DNA of 64,000 nucleotides from an uncultured Pelagibacteraceae bacterium (lineage in GTDB: Bacteria; Pseudomonadota; Alphaproteobacteria; Pelagibacterales; Pelagibacteraceae): NCBI GenBank assembly GCA_902594605.1, contig CACJMR010000001.1:76794-140793 (forward strand), read 5' to 3'. Below the pieces are notes generated by a model. The model was not told where the DNA came from, did no database searches, and saw only the letters and a list, made by a program, of their open reading frames with translations. A program made the translations under genes and the position numbers. Below, one piece after another: positions 53,745-64,000 of the stretch (positions are counted from its first letter, which is position 1; every line of letters begins with the position of its first letter).

Positions 53745-54003
53745 GTTGGTTTTCCAACTACGACGATAAACGAATTTCGTAATAACCATTGCGGACGTGG
53801 GGGCAGTACCCACCACCTCCACCATTACAACTTATGGGGGTGAACTAGATTCGACGGGTGACTAAAGGCTATTCTTTCGTTCGGGATTGTTCCACCGTAA
53901 CGGGCTAATTTATAATTGCTAACGAAAGTTACGCACTTGCTGCCTAATTAACTTAGTTAATTAAGCAAACGGGGTCTGGGGCACCTGGCAACAGAACGCC
54001 CCC
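53745..54003 (+). ncRNA. ssrA: Circularly permuted two-piece tmRNA
   Basis: T-arm GGGGCAGTACCC and ...CACCTCCACCA (to 53824) precede GGGGGTGAAC..GATTCGAC (from 53836); tag ORF (A)NESYALAA* at 53918-53947; ends approximate. Confidence 0.93.
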
Positions 54004-54011
54004 TATTTAAT

Positions 54012-56672
54012 TTAATTTTTTTTTATTTCAGCTTGAGCAGCAGCCAACCTTGCAACAGGAACTCTATAAGGTGAACAAGAAACATAATTCAATCCTGCTT
54101 TAGAACAAAAAGATATACTATGTGGATCTCCTCCATGCTCTCCACAAATACCTAATTTAAGATTTTTGTTTTGTTTTCTTCCTTTTTCTACTGCTATTTC
54201 AACTAAATCTGAAACTCCTTCATCTATTGAAACGAAAGGATCAACAGAAAAAATTTTGTTTTCTAAATAATCATTTAAAAATTTACCACTATCATCCCTA
54301 CTGATTCCAAAAGTAGTTTGAGTTAAATCATTTGTTCCAAAACTAAAGAATTCTGCATGCTTAGCAATCTCCTTTGCTTTTATTGCCGCTCTAGGTAATT
54401 CAATCATCGTTCCAACTAAAAATTCTATTTTCAATTTATTTTCTTTTTGAACTTGACTAGCAGTTCTAATTACTAATTCTTTCATTATTTTAATTTCAGC
54501 CTCTGTAGATACTAAAGGTATCATTATTTCAGGAAATGCAGATTTAATTTTATTTTTTTTGAGGTAAGCCAAAGCCTCGAATATTGCTTTGCATTGCATT
54601 TCATAAATTTCAGGGAAAGATATTCCTAGACGACATCCCCTATGACCTAACATAGGATTTTGCTCATGGAGCTCTTCAATTCTTGACTCAACCTCTTTAA
54701 CTGTGAGATTAACTATACTGGCAACCTCATTAATTTCCTTTTCTGTACGTGGTAAAAATTCATGTAATGGAGGGTCCAACAATCTAACTGTGACTGGTAA
54801 TCCACTCATGATTTTAAAAATATCTATAAAATCTTTTCTTTGATGTGGTAACAGTTTTTGTAATGCTATTGCTCTGTCTTCTTTTGTTTTAGATAATATC
54901 ATTTCTCTTACAGACAAAATTCGTTCTTCATCAAAAAACATATGTTCAGTTCTGCATAATCCAATACCCTCAGCACCAAAATCTTTTGCTGTTTTAGTAT
55001 CTTTTGGTGTCTCAGAATTTGTTCTTACTTTTAATTTCCTAAAGCTATCTGCCCAAGACATTAACTTGGAAAAATCACCAGATATTTCAGGCTTCACAGT
55101 TGAAACACTTCCAGCAATAATTCTTCCAGTTGAGCCATCAATAGTGATTACGTCTCCTTCTTTAATCTCCATTGAAGAAGTTTTAAAAGATTTATTTTCA
55201 TAGTTTATATCAATTTCACTTGATCCTGATACACATGGTCTACCCATACCTCTAGCAACAACAGCTGCATGACTTGTCATTCCTCCTCTAGCAGTCAAAA
55301 TTCCTTTAGCAGCATGCATTCCTTGTATATCTTCTGGGGAGGTTTCTACTCTAACCAAAATTGTATCTTGCATCATTGCGGTTAATCTTTCAGCCTCTTC
55401 TGATGTAAATACAACTTTACCACTAGCTGCACCTGGTGATGCTGGCAATCCATTCGCTATAACATTAATTGAACTTTTTTCATCCAAAGTAGGGTGCAAA
55501 AGTGTGTCTAAAGAATTTGGGTCAATTCTTAATACAGCTTCCTTTTTAGAAATTAATTTTTCTTTAACCATATCAACTGAGATCTTCACTGCTGATTTTG
55601 CTGTTCTTTTTCCTGATCTTGTTTGAAGCATCCATAGTTTACTATTTTCAACTGTAAACTCTACGTCTTGCATATCTTTGTAATGCGTCTCTAATTTTTT
55701 CAAAATTTTTTGAAGTTCTTTAAAGACTTTAGGCATAGACTCTTCCATTGATAATTCTTTTACTTTAGCATCTCTCCTAGCTTTTTTCGTTATGTATTGA
55801 GGCGTCCTTGTGCCCGCTACAACATCTTCGCCTTGCGCATTAATTAAATACTCACCATATATTTCATTTGATCCATCTGATGGATTTCGTGTAAACACAA
55901 CTCCCGTTGCACAATCATCACCCATATTTCCAAAAACCATTGATTGAACATTTACAGCAGTTCCCCACTCGGCTGGGATTTGATTTAGTTTTCTATAAAC
56001 TTTTGCTCTATTACTTTCCCATGATAAAAATACTGCACTTATTGCTCCTAACAATTGTTCATGAACATCTTGAGGAAAATCCTTTTTTGTCTTTTCTCTT
56101 ACTGTTCTTTTAAAATCTTCAATTAATCCATCCCAATCACTTTCATCTAAATCTGTATCTAACAAAACACCTTTTGTAAGTTTATAATTTTCAATTAATT
56201 CCTCAAAATGATAACCTTCTACACCCATTACCACATTACCGTACATTTGAATGAATCTTCTATAACTGTCTTTAGCAAATCTTCCATTTGAAGTTTTAAT
56301 TGCTAAAGCTTTAACTGTTTTATCGTTAAGACCCAGATTTAGAATAGTATCCATCATACCTGGCATTGATACTCTTGCACCAGACCGCACAGATAATAAA
56401 AGTGGATTTTTTAAGTCCCCAAATTTCTTAGAAACATCTTTTTCGATTAATTTTAATTCTTTTTTAATTTGAGAAATTAAACTTTTATTTAATCTTTTTT
56501 TATCCTTATAAAAAATTTCGCAAACTTTTGTGGATATTGTAAAACCAGGAGGCACAGGAAGACCCATTCTTCCCATTTCAGAAAGATTAGCACCTTTTCC
56601 TCCTAAAAAGTTTTTAGGATTTTTAATTTTTTTACTATCCTTAGAATTAAAGTTTAAAATAAGTTTTTTCAT
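54012..56672 (-). CDS. ppdK: Pyruvate, phosphate dikinase
   Basis: LGGKGANL, SVRSGA, GGMTSHAAVVARG and CGEHGG motifs. Confidence 0.97.
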   Translation of the reverse strand: MKKLILNFNSKDSKKIKNPKNFLGGKGANLSEMGRMGLPVPPGFTISTKVCEIFYKDKKRLNKSLISQIKKELKLIEKDVSKKFGDLKNPLLLSVRSGARVSMPGMMDTILNLGLNDKTVKALAIKTSNGRFAKDSYRRFIQMYGNVVMGVEGYHFEELIENYKLTKGVLLDTDLDESDWDGLIEDFKRTVREKTKKDFPQDVHEQLLGAISAVFLSWESNRAKVYRKLNQIPAEWGTAVNVQSMVFGNMGDDCATGVVFTRNPSDGSNEIYGEYLINAQGEDVVAGTRTPQYITKKARRDAKVKELSMEESMPKVFKELQKILKKLETHYKDMQDVEFTVENSKLWMLQTRSGKRTAKSAVKISVDMVKEKLISKKEAVLRIDPNSLDTLLHPTLDEKSSINVIANGLPASPGAASGKVVFTSEEAERLTAMMQDTILVRVETSPEDIQGMHAAKGILTARGGMTSHAAVVARGMGRPCVSGSSEIDINYENKSFKTSSMEIKEGDVITIDGSTGRIIAGSVSTVKPEISGDFSKLMSWADSFRKLKVRTNSETPKDTKTAKDFGAEGIGLCRTEHMFFDEERILSVREMILSKTKEDRAIALQKLLPHQRKDFIDIFKIMSGLPVTVRLLDPPLHEFLPRTEKEINEVASIVNLTVKEVESRIEELHEQNPMLGHRGCRLGISFPEIYEMQCKAIFEALAYLKKNKIKSAFPEIMIPLVSTEAEIKIMKELVIRTASQVQKENKLKIEFLVGTMIELPRAAIKAKEIAKHAEFFSFGTNDLTQTTFGISRDDSGKFLNDYLENKIFSVDPFVSIDEGVSDLVEIAVEKGRKQNKNLKLGICGEHGGDPHSISFCSKAGLNYVSCSPYRVPVARLAAAQAEIKKN

Positions 56673-58738
56673 TAACGGGAGTCGATTAGAGCAAAATTAA
56701 CATAATTGTTAAACGTTTTACACATCATTTGGATTAGTTCCAGCCTATTCTTCTTTATGACCAGATCATCTTCGTTCACAATTACATTATCAAAAAAGTC
56801 AAAAACCTCTCTTTTAACGCTAGCTAAATTATCCAATGTTTGAACATAATTTTCATCTTTATTAATGCCTGAAAAATATTTCCTTAATTCACTAATTTTT
56901 TTAAATAGGTTTTTTTCTAACTCAGTTTTAAAAATTCCAGGGTCAGTTGTATTTGATAATTCTATTTTATCTTTTTTTAATTCACCGTCTAAAATGTTTG
57001 AGGCTCTTTTATAGCTTGCAACAATATCTAAACCATTTGGTTTGTTAATAATTTTATTTAAATGTTTAGCTTTATTAAAAATAATAACAGATTGATCTAA
57101 GTTAAAAGAACTAGTCGATGCTTGAATTATATCATTTCTAATATTTTCTTCCTTCATGTGATATTTTAATCTATCCATTAAAAAATCTGATAATTCATTT
57201 TGTAGGGATTGGTTATCAATTTTAAAACCTTGATCTAAATACAGGCTTAAAGAATAATTAATTAGATCTTTTATTTTAAAATCTTTTTTATTTTCAACTA
57301 TTATTCTTATTACCCCCAATGCTAACCTTCTTAGAGCATACGGATCTTTCGAACTTGTTGGTTTTTGATTTAAACCAAAAAAACCAACTAAAGTATCTAT
57401 CTTATCAGCTAAAGAAAGGGCTATGCTAAATGGTTTTTTTGGAACTCTTGAACCTGAACCTGCAGGTAAATATTGCTCACTTATCGCCAAAGCTAAATCT
57501 TTATCAAAACCTTGTGCGTTAGCAAAATAACCTCCCATCACACCTTGGAGTTCTGGAAATTCACCTACTAGTTCTGATAATAGATCAACTTTACAAATTG
57601 ATGCTGACAATTCAACTTTTTCTTTACTGATTAAAAGTTCATCAGATATCATTCCACCCAATTTTCTCATTCTTTGGGCTTTATCGAAATAACTTCCTAA
57701 TCCTTTAAAATAATTCATTGACTTTAATTCAGTAACTTTTTTGACCATATTTTGAGATTTATCTTTTTTCCAAAAAAATTCTGCATCACTTAATCTTGCT
57801 TCAACTACTCTTTCATTTCCTAATTTAATTAATCCCTTTTTATCTTTTTTGTTTGCAACCACTAAAAACTCATTGGTAATATTTTCTTTATTATCAAATA
57901 TAGGAAAATATTTTTGGTGGTATTGCATGGTAATAATTAATATTTCTTTTGGAATATTTAAAAATTTTTTATCAAATTCACAAAGAAGGATATTTGGTTG
58001 ATCTGTTAAATCTACAACTTCATTAAGTAATCTAGGATTATGTTGGATCTTAATATTTTTATTTTTTAATATATTATTAAATTTTTTTTCTATTAATTTT
58101 TTTCTTTCATTGTGATCAACGATAATGTCATTTTTTTTAAAAAAACTTTTATAATTTTTAAATTCTAAGAAAGACTTTTTATTTTCCTCAAATTCTTTAT
58201 CAATAAAAGTTGAGTTAGAAGATGTTAGGTGATGAAAATTAAAATTTAACTTTTTTTTATCAAATACAGCTAGAATTGACTTTAAAGGTCTACCCCAATT
58301 TAGGTCAAAAGTTCCCCAATACATTGATTTTTTCCATTGAATTTTATTTAATAATATTGGGATAAATTCCTCTAATAATTCATGAGTGTGCAATTTTTTT
58401 GATTTTGTCTTGAAAAAATAAAATTCTCCTTTGTCTGTTTTCTTTTGGTAGAGATCCTTTTTTAAGATTTTATTTGACCTAACAAACCCCTCTAGTGCTG
58501 TCTCTGGTGACTTAATATTTGGACCTTTAATCTCCTCAGATTTAAGTACAACATTTTTTTGAACACCTTCAAATAATACTACTAATCTATTTGGTGTTGA
58601 ATATGACGAGCTTTTTTTAAATAAAATTGATTTTTCTAAAAATAAATCATTAAAACTTTTAAGTAAGTCCTCCCTTAAATTTTGTTGAAGATTTGAAGGT
58701 ATTTCTTCACTAAATAATTCTAAAAAAAACTCTGACAT
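56672..58738 (-). CDS. glyS: Glycine--tRNA ligase beta subunit
   Basis: ELFSEEIP, EFPELQG and SKDPYALRR motifs. Confidence 0.96.
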   Translation of the reverse strand: MSEFFLELFSEEIPSNLQQNLREDLLKSFNDLFLEKSILFKKSSSYSTPNRLVVLFEGVQKNVVLKSEEIKGPNIKSPETALEGFVRSNKILKKDLYQKKTDKGEFYFFKTKSKKLHTHELLEEFIPILLNKIQWKKSMYWGTFDLNWGRPLKSILAVFDKKKLNFNFHHLTSSNSTFIDKEFEENKKSFLEFKNYKSFFKKNDIIVDHNERKKLIEKKFNNILKNKNIKIQHNPRLLNEVVDLTDQPNILLCEFDKKFLNIPKEILIITMQYHQKYFPIFDNKENITNEFLVVANKKDKKGLIKLGNERVVEARLSDAEFFWKKDKSQNMVKKVTELKSMNYFKGLGSYFDKAQRMRKLGGMISDELLISKEKVELSASICKVDLLSELVGEFPELQGVMGGYFANAQGFDKDLALAISEQYLPAGSGSRVPKKPFSIALSLADKIDTLVGFFGLNQKPTSSKDPYALRRLALGVIRIIVENKKDFKIKDLINYSLSLYLDQGFKIDNQSLQNELSDFLMDRLKYHMKEENIRNDIIQASTSSFNLDQSVIIFNKAKHLNKIINKPNGLDIVASYKRASNILDGELKKDKIELSNTTDPGIFKTELEKNLFKKISELRKYFSGINKDENYVQTLDNLASVKREVFDFFDNVIVNEDDLVIKKNRLELIQMMCKTFNNYVNFALIDSR

Positions 58739-59619
58739 TATTTTTGACTATCTAACCAAACGCTTGCTGCAGATTTTGTAATATCTCTTATTCTAGCAAT
58801 ATAACCTGCTCTTTGTGCAACACTGATTGCACCTCTTGCATCTAAAATATTAAACACATGACTGGCTTTTAAACATTGATCATATGCTGGTAAAGAAACT
58901 TTTTTTTCTACCAAATCTTTTGCCTCAGTTTCATGCATTTCAAACATTTTCAAAAGTGTTTCTACATTCGCGTGTTCGAAATTGTATGCTGAAAATTCTT
59001 TTTCGGCTTGATGAAAAACTTCGTGATATTTTACACCTTCATCATTCCACAATAAATCATAAACATTTTTTTCTTTTTGAGTGAACATACAAATTCTTTC
59101 TAATCCATAGGTGATTTCAACTGATACAGGTTTACAATCAAATCCAGCCATTTGTTGAAAATAGGTGAATTGAGTAATTTCCATTCCATCACACCATACT
59201 TCCCATCCCAATCCTGCGGCACCTAATGTTGGACTTTCCCAATCATCTTCAACAAACCTTATATCATGATCATTATGATCTATTCCTATGGTAGATAAAC
59301 TATTTAAATAAAGTTTTTTTATATTTTCAGGGGAAGGTTTGATTAAAACTTGAAATTGATAATAATGTTGTAACCTATTTGGATTATCTCCATATCTTCC
59401 ATCTGTGGGTCTTCTTGATGGTTGTACGTAAGCTGCTTTCCATGGTTTAGTTCCAAGTGATCTTAGGGTAGTAGCTGGATGAAAAGTTCCTGCACCAACC
59501 TCCATATCATAAGGCTGCAAAATAATGCATCCTTTTTTACTCCAAAATTTCTGAAGATTTAAAATTGTATCTTGGAATGTTTGAATTTTTTTTTTTTCTT
59601 TTTTTGCTTTAGAAACCAT
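58738..59619 (-). CDS. glyQ: Glycine--tRNA ligase alpha subunit
   Basis: [19 protein letters not shown] and EITYGLER motifs; start probably ATG 59619. Confidence 0.96.
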   Translation of the reverse strand: MVSKAKKEKKKIQTFQDTILNLQKFWSKKGCIILQPYDMEVGAGTFHPATTLRSLGTKPWKAAYVQPSRRPTDGRYGDNPNRLQHYYQFQVLIKPSPENIKKLYLNSLSTIGIDHNDHDIRFVEDDWESPTLGAAGLGWEVWCDGMEITQFTYFQQMAGFDCKPVSVEITYGLERICMFTQKEKNVYDLLWNDEGVKYHEVFHQAEKEFSAYNFEHANVETLLKMFEMHETEAKDLVEKKVSLPAYDQCLKASHVFNILDARGAISVAQRAGYIARIRDITKSAASVWLDSQK

Positions 59620-60415
59620 ATCTTTGCCAAATTGATCTTTCATCTAAAATACTTGCTATTTGATCTACTTGATTACTGGATGAAGAAAGTTTTTGACTTA
59701 ACCATCCTTTTGACTTTTCAAATTTTTTAATTATTACATCTTCGCCAAATTTATCCTTTAATATTTCATTTGCGTTACCTATTCCATCAATCAATCCCAA
59801 ATTTTTTGCTTTACTACCTGACCAAAACTCACCTGAAAAAAGTTCTACATCAGATTTCATTAATTTTGATCCTCTGCTTTTTTCAACAACATCTATGAAG
59901 TCTTTATGAAGATCCAATTGAATATTTTTTAATCTTTCAATATCCTCGTTTTTTTCTTCTAAAAATGGATCAAGTGTGCTTTTGTTTTTGCCAGCAGTAT
60001 GAACTCTTCTTTCAACTCCAATTTTTTTTATCAACTCAGTAAATCCAAAAGAAGAATATATCACTCCTATAGATCCAATTATTGAACTTGAATTTGCATA
60101 AATTTCGTCCCCAGCACAAGAAATCAAATAACCTCCAGAAGCTGCTACGTCTTCAGCGAATACAATAACTTTTTTTTTGTGTTTTTTTGCTTGTTGTCTA
60201 ATAAAACTGTAGATTAAATGAGATTGGACTGGCGATCCTCCTGGAGAATTGATTGATATAGCAACACATGCCGCTTTTTTCAGAGAAAAAGCCTTTTTAA
60301 TTAGTTCTTCTTGACCTGCAAAATCAATACCTTGTTTAAATTTTCCTGCATTACCAATAACCCCACTTAATTTTAAGTGAGCAACAATTTTTTTCTTTTT
60401 AAAAAAAGAGAACAT
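59609..60415 (-). CDS. S49 family peptidase (SppA/SohB-like)
   Basis: INSPGGS, AASGGY and GSIGV motifs. Confidence 0.92.
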   Translation of the reverse strand: MFSFFKKKKIVAHLKLSGVIGNAGKFKQGIDFAGQEELIKKAFSLKKAACVAISINSPGGSPVQSHLIYSFIRQQAKKHKKKVIVFAEDVAASGGYLISCAGDEIYANSSSIIGSIGVIYSSFGFTELIKKIGVERRVHTAGKNKSTLDPFLEEKNEDIERLKNIQLDLHKDFIDVVEKSRGSKLMKSDVELFSGEFWSGSKAKNLGLIDGIGNANEILKDKFGEDVIIKKFEKSKGWLSQKLSSSSNQVDQIASILDERSIWQRYGF

Positions 60416-60529
60416 AGGTAAGTCTTATAGAATTATTTATTGAATATAAAGACTACTTATAATTGAAGAAACTGGTGCGTCAATTGATAAGTAATATATA
60501 TAAACAAATTATACTAATTTAAAAATGTT

Positions 60530-61543
60530 ATGGGAACAGTTGTACAGCTTAAAAATCAGATAAATGATTCATATTTTCAGCTTAAAGACTCGGTTGAAGA
60601 AAAACTAGTTTTAACCGAAGAAAAAATAAAATCAAAATTATCTAGTGACGTACAGCTGGTTCAAAAAATGACAGATTATCACATAGAAACTGGAGGAAAA
60701 AGACTAAGAGCTTTACTTACATTGGGTAGTGCAAAATTATGCGGTTACTCTAAAGGTTCTAGAGATATAAATTTAGCTGCGTGTGTTGAATTAATTCACA
60801 GCGCAACCTTGATGCATGATGATGTAATTGATGAAGGTACTGTCAGAAGAGGTAAAGAAACTTTAAACAAAGTTTGGAATAATCATTCGTCAGTTTTAAT
60901 AGGAGATTATCTATTGAGTAGATGTTTTGAAATGATGGTAGAAGACGGAAACCTAGAAGTTTTAAAATTATTATCATCAACTTCATCTAAAATTGCTCAA
61001 GGAGAAGTTCTACAGCTTCAACACAAAGGTGAAGTTGATATGCTGGAAGAAACATATTTAAAAATAATCTCAGCTAAAACTGCTGAGTTATTTGCAGCAG
61101 CAACTAAAGTTGGTGCTATTTTATCTGATGCAGAAAATAAAGAAAAAGATGCTTTAGAATTTTATGGAAGAAACTTGGGATTAACTTTTCAAATAGCAGA
61201 CGACACACTAGACTATAATGCTGAGCTCAAACTATTTGGTAAAAAAATTGGTCAAGATTTTTTTGAAGGGAAAATTACTTTACCAATAATTTTACTTTTT
61301 CAAAAATTAGGAAATGATGAAAAGAAAGTTTTATCAAATATGTTTAAAAAAGAGTTAAGAACTAAAGATGACTTTAATGAAATTATTGCTCTTATAAATA
61401 AGTATAAAATAATTCAAGAATGCTATCAAAAAGCTCAGCACTATATAAATTTAGCCTCAAACTCTCTAAGTGTATTTAAAGACTCTGAAGAAAAAAATAT
61501 TCTTAAAAGATTAACATCATTTAGTTTATCAAGAAATTTTTAA
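60530..61543 (+). CDS. ispB: Octaprenyl/decaprenyl diphosphate synthase
   Basis: GGKRLR, HDDVID and FQIADD motifs. Confidence 0.9.
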   Translation: MGTVVQLKNQINDSYFQLKDSVEEKLVLTEEKIKSKLSSDVQLVQKMTDYHIETGGKRLRALLTLGSAKLCGYSKGSRDINLAACVELIHSATLMHDDVIDEGTVRRGKETLNKVWNNHSSVLIGDYLLSRCFEMMVEDGNLEVLKLLSSTSSKIAQGEVLQLQHKGEVDMLEETYLKIISAKTAELFAAATKVGAILSDAENKEKDALEFYGRNLGLTFQIADDTLDYNAELKLFGKKIGQDFFEGKITLPIILLFQKLGNDEKKVLSNMFKKELRTKDDFNEIIALINKYKIIQECYQKAQHYINLASNSLSVFKDSEEKNILKRLTSFSLSRNF

Positions 61544-62166
61544 GGACTTAATAAAGACTTTATCCACTTCCCAGAGTTATCTTTATTGTATTTTAATCTT
61601 TCGTGGATTCTGTTCTCACCATCTAGCCAAAATTCAATACTATCTGGAGATAAAATCCATCCAGACCAGTGACTTGGTCTTGGTACATCTGATTTGTTGA
61701 TATATTTTTTTTTGTAATCTTGTATAGATTTTAACAGTTGTTCTCGCGAATTTAATTCTTCACTTTGCTTAGAGGCCCATGCTCCTATTCGACTTTCATA
61801 CGCTCTAGATGAATAATATTCATCTGCAACCTGATCAGAAACTAATGATACCTTTCCATTAATTCTTATTTGTCTTAGGAGACTTTTCCAATGAAAACAC
61901 ATTGCAGCATATGGATTTTCTTTTAATTCATTTCCTTTTTGACTATTTAAATTTGTATAAAATACAAATCCATCTTTGTTGAAATCTTTAAGTAAAACCA
62001 TTCTAACTGAAGGAATGTTGTTATTATCTGATGTAGCTAAAGCAACAGCGTTTGGATCATTTGGCTCAGTTTTCTTTGCTTCCTCCATCCATTCATGAAA
62101 TAATTGAATTGGATCATCTATATCAAGAAAGCAACTATTAAGACCTAAAGAGTTTTTTTGATTCAT
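61540..62166 (-). CDS. pdxH: Pyridoxamine 5'-phosphate oxidase
   Basis: RMVLLK, FYTN..S.KG and EFW....RIHER motifs. Confidence 0.95.
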   Translation of the reverse strand: MNQKNSLGLNSCFLDIDDPIQLFHEWMEEAKKTEPNDPNAVALATSDNNNIPSVRMVLLKDFNKDGFVFYTNLNSQKGNELKENPYAAMCFHWKSLLRQIRINGKVSLVSDQVADEYYSSRAYESRIGAWASKQSEELNSREQLLKSIQDYKKKYINKSDVPRPSHWSGWILSPDSIEFWLDGENRIHERLKYNKDNSGKWIKSLLSP

Positions 62167-62199
62167 AATTTAAACAAAATAATCTATATAATATAAATA

Positions 62200-63282
62200 A
62201 TGTCATTTAATACTTTTGGAAAGCTATTTCGTTTCACAACTTGGGGAGAATCTCATGGGCCTGCAATTGGTTGTATTGTTGATGGCTGTCCTCCAAACAT
62301 AAATCTTAAAGAGCAAGATATTCAAATAGAATTAGACAAAAGAAAACCAGGACAATCTAAATTTACAACACAGCGAAAAGAGGATGATAAAGTTCAAATA
62401 TTGTCAGGAGTATTTGAGGGTAAAACTACAGGAACACCTATTTCTCTCATAATCTACAACAAAGATATGAGATCCAAAGATTACAGTAATATTAAAGATA
62501 AATTCAGACCAGGTCATGCAGATTTTACTTATTTTAAAAAATATGGAATTAGAGACTATAGAGGAGGCGGTAGATCTTCTGCTAGAGAAACTGCTGCGCG
62601 AGTTGCTGCCGGTGCAATAGCAAAAGTTGTACTTCAAAAAAAATTAGGTAAAAAATTTAAAGTAATTGGTGCAGTAACTCAGCTAGGAATTCTTGGATGT
62701 GATACAAATCAATGGAACGAAAAAGTAATTTCAAAAAATCCATTTTTTTGTCCAGATAAATCGATGATTAAATTATGGGAAAAATATTTGCTTAATATAA
62801 GAAAATCAGGATCCTCATGTGGAGCAGTGATTGAAATAAGAGCAAGAGGTATCCCAGTTGGTTTAGGTGCTCCAATTTATTCAAAATTAGATACTGACAT
62901 AGCTTCAGGTCTAATGAGTATTAATGCAGTTAAAGGTGTAAATATTGGTGCAGGAATGAACTCAGCACAATTAAGTGGAGAACAAAACTCAGATGAAATT
63001 TCCTCAAAAGGAAATAAATTAAAATTCAATTCAAATAACGCTGGTGGAATTCTTGGTGGAATTTCTACGGGCCAAGAAATTGTTGCATCTTTTGCCGTCA
63101 AACCAACTTCGTCAATTTTAACTAGTAGAAAAACTATAAATAAATCTGGGAAAAATACTTCAATATCTGTTAAAGGTAGACATGATCCTTGTGTAGGAAT
63201 TAGAGCTGTACCAATTGGTGAGGCTATGATGAACTGTGTTTTACTTGACCACTACTTAATGAATAAAGCCCAGTGTGGTTAG
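62200..63282 (+). CDS. aroC: Chorismate synthase
   Basis: GESHG, RPGHAD, RSSARET and GRHDPC motifs. Confidence 0.97.
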   Translation: MSFNTFGKLFRFTTWGESHGPAIGCIVDGCPPNINLKEQDIQIELDKRKPGQSKFTTQRKEDDKVQILSGVFEGKTTGTPISLIIYNKDMRSKDYSNIKDKFRPGHADFTYFKKYGIRDYRGGGRSSARETAARVAAGAIAKVVLQKKLGKKFKVIGAVTQLGILGCDTNQWNEKVISKNPFFCPDKSMIKLWEKYLLNIRKSGSSCGAVIEIRARGIPVGLGAPIYSKLDTDIASGLMSINAVKGVNIGAGMNSAQLSGEQNSDEISSKGNKLKFNSNNAGGILGGISTGQEIVASFAVKPTSSILTSRKTINKSGKNTSISVKGRHDPCVGIRAVPIGEAMMNCVLLDHYLMNKAQCG

Positions 63283-63288
63283 TTTAAA

Positions 63289-64000
63289 TTAATTTTTCAC
63301 AACTCTTATTGTCTCCTTTTGAAACAAAATATCAAAGATTTTCTTAGAAATTTGAGAACTGTTTAATCCAGCTTTATCGTACATTTTTTTTGGATCATCT
63401 TGTTCAATAAATTCATCTGGTAAAGTCATTGATCTAAATTTTAAACCTTTATCAAATACTCCTCTTTCAGCTAATAAATTTTTAACATGAGAACCGAAAC
63501 CACCTATTGATCCCTCTTCAACAGTTATCATAAGCTCATGTTCCTTAGCAGATTTTAATATAAGTTCCTCGTCTAAAGGCTTTGCAAATCTGGCATCTAT
63601 CAAAGTTGTTGAAACCCCTTTTGCTTTTAATTCCTCTAAAGCTAACTTGCACTCTTCAAGTCGAGTACCGAGGTTTAAAATACATACTTGTGTCCCTTGT
63701 TGAACGACTCTTCCTTTACCAATTTCAATTTTTTCGTCTATTGATGGGAGATCAACACCTACTCCAGTTCCTCTTGGATATCTAATTGCAGAAGGTCTGT
63801 CATTTATATCTACTGAAGTATTAATCATTTTAACAAGTTCAGCTTCATCACTTGCTGCCATTACTACAAAGTTTGGTAAAGTTGATAAGTAAGTTATATC
63901 AAATGACCCAGCATGTGTTGATCCATCAGCACCAACTAATCCTGCTCTATCTATCGCAAATCTAACTGGTAAACTTTGGATGGCAACATCGTGGACAACT
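63289..64000 (-). CDS. dxs: 1-deoxy-D-xylulose-5-phosphate synthase, C-terminal part (5' end outside the window)
   Basis: [46 protein letters not shown] and [11 protein letters not shown] motifs. Confidence 0.95.
   Translation of the reverse strand, partial: VVHDVAIQSLPVRFAIDRAGLVGADGSTHAGSFDITYLSTLPNFVVMAASDEAELVKMINTSVDINDRPSAIRYPRGTGVGVDLPSIDEKIEIGKGRVVQQGTQVCILNLGTRLEECKLALEELKAKGVSTTLIDARFAKPLDEELILKSAKEHELMITVEEGSIGGFGSHVKNLLAERGVFDKGLKFRSMTLPDEFIEQDDPKKMYDKAGLNSSQISKKIFDILFQKETIRVVKN

Noticed and set aside
53703-53825. N-terminal extension of thyX
   Set aside because: It is the antisense of the tmRNA acceptor piece and promoter; the start at 53702 is more plausible
59586-59597. A12 run at the 5' end of glyQ (and A10 in mreC) as phase-variation or slippage sites
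   Set aside because: Frames are intact in essential genes and poly-A lysine runs are common throughout the window

Overview
AT-rich, gene-dense alphaproteobacterial chromosome segment. It is most consistent with SAR11/Pelagibacterales, based on tiny intergenic spaces, a permuted two-piece tmRNA with tag ANESYALAA, aprMBA with xsc/suyAB, and amtB without an adjacent glnK. Layout: 1-9.5 kb is an organosulfonate desulfonation and sulfite-handling cluster (xsc, suyAB, YeiH and TauE exporters, aprMBA, HIT). 9.5-22.4 kb is housekeeping (pabBAC, MFS, metC, mnmA, cysQ, recX, bcp, amtB, HU, rseP). About 22.5-30.9 kb is an accessory block with an Lrp regulator, a DapA-like aldolase and a tightly coupled five-gene operon of unknown substrate (Fe/2OG dioxygenase, beta-hydroxyacid dehydrogenase, class II aldolase, FrhB-like Fe-S flavoprotein, enolase-superfamily enzyme). 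31-64 kb is core genes (mreBCD-mrdA, leuA, peptide ABC transporter, ilvIHC, miaA, degP, hflKC, mrp, thyX, ssrA, ppdK, glyQS, ispB, pdxH, aroC, dxs). Main observations: the uncharacterised operon; an in-frame RodA-SRAP chimera; an unannotated 27-aa extremely basic ORF with promoter and RBS; RNA structures on both sides of amtB; and a HIT hydrolase upstream of aprMBA. No CRISPR array, tRNA, rRNA, integrase or transposase was seen. All product calls come from motif recognition and recall, not database searches.
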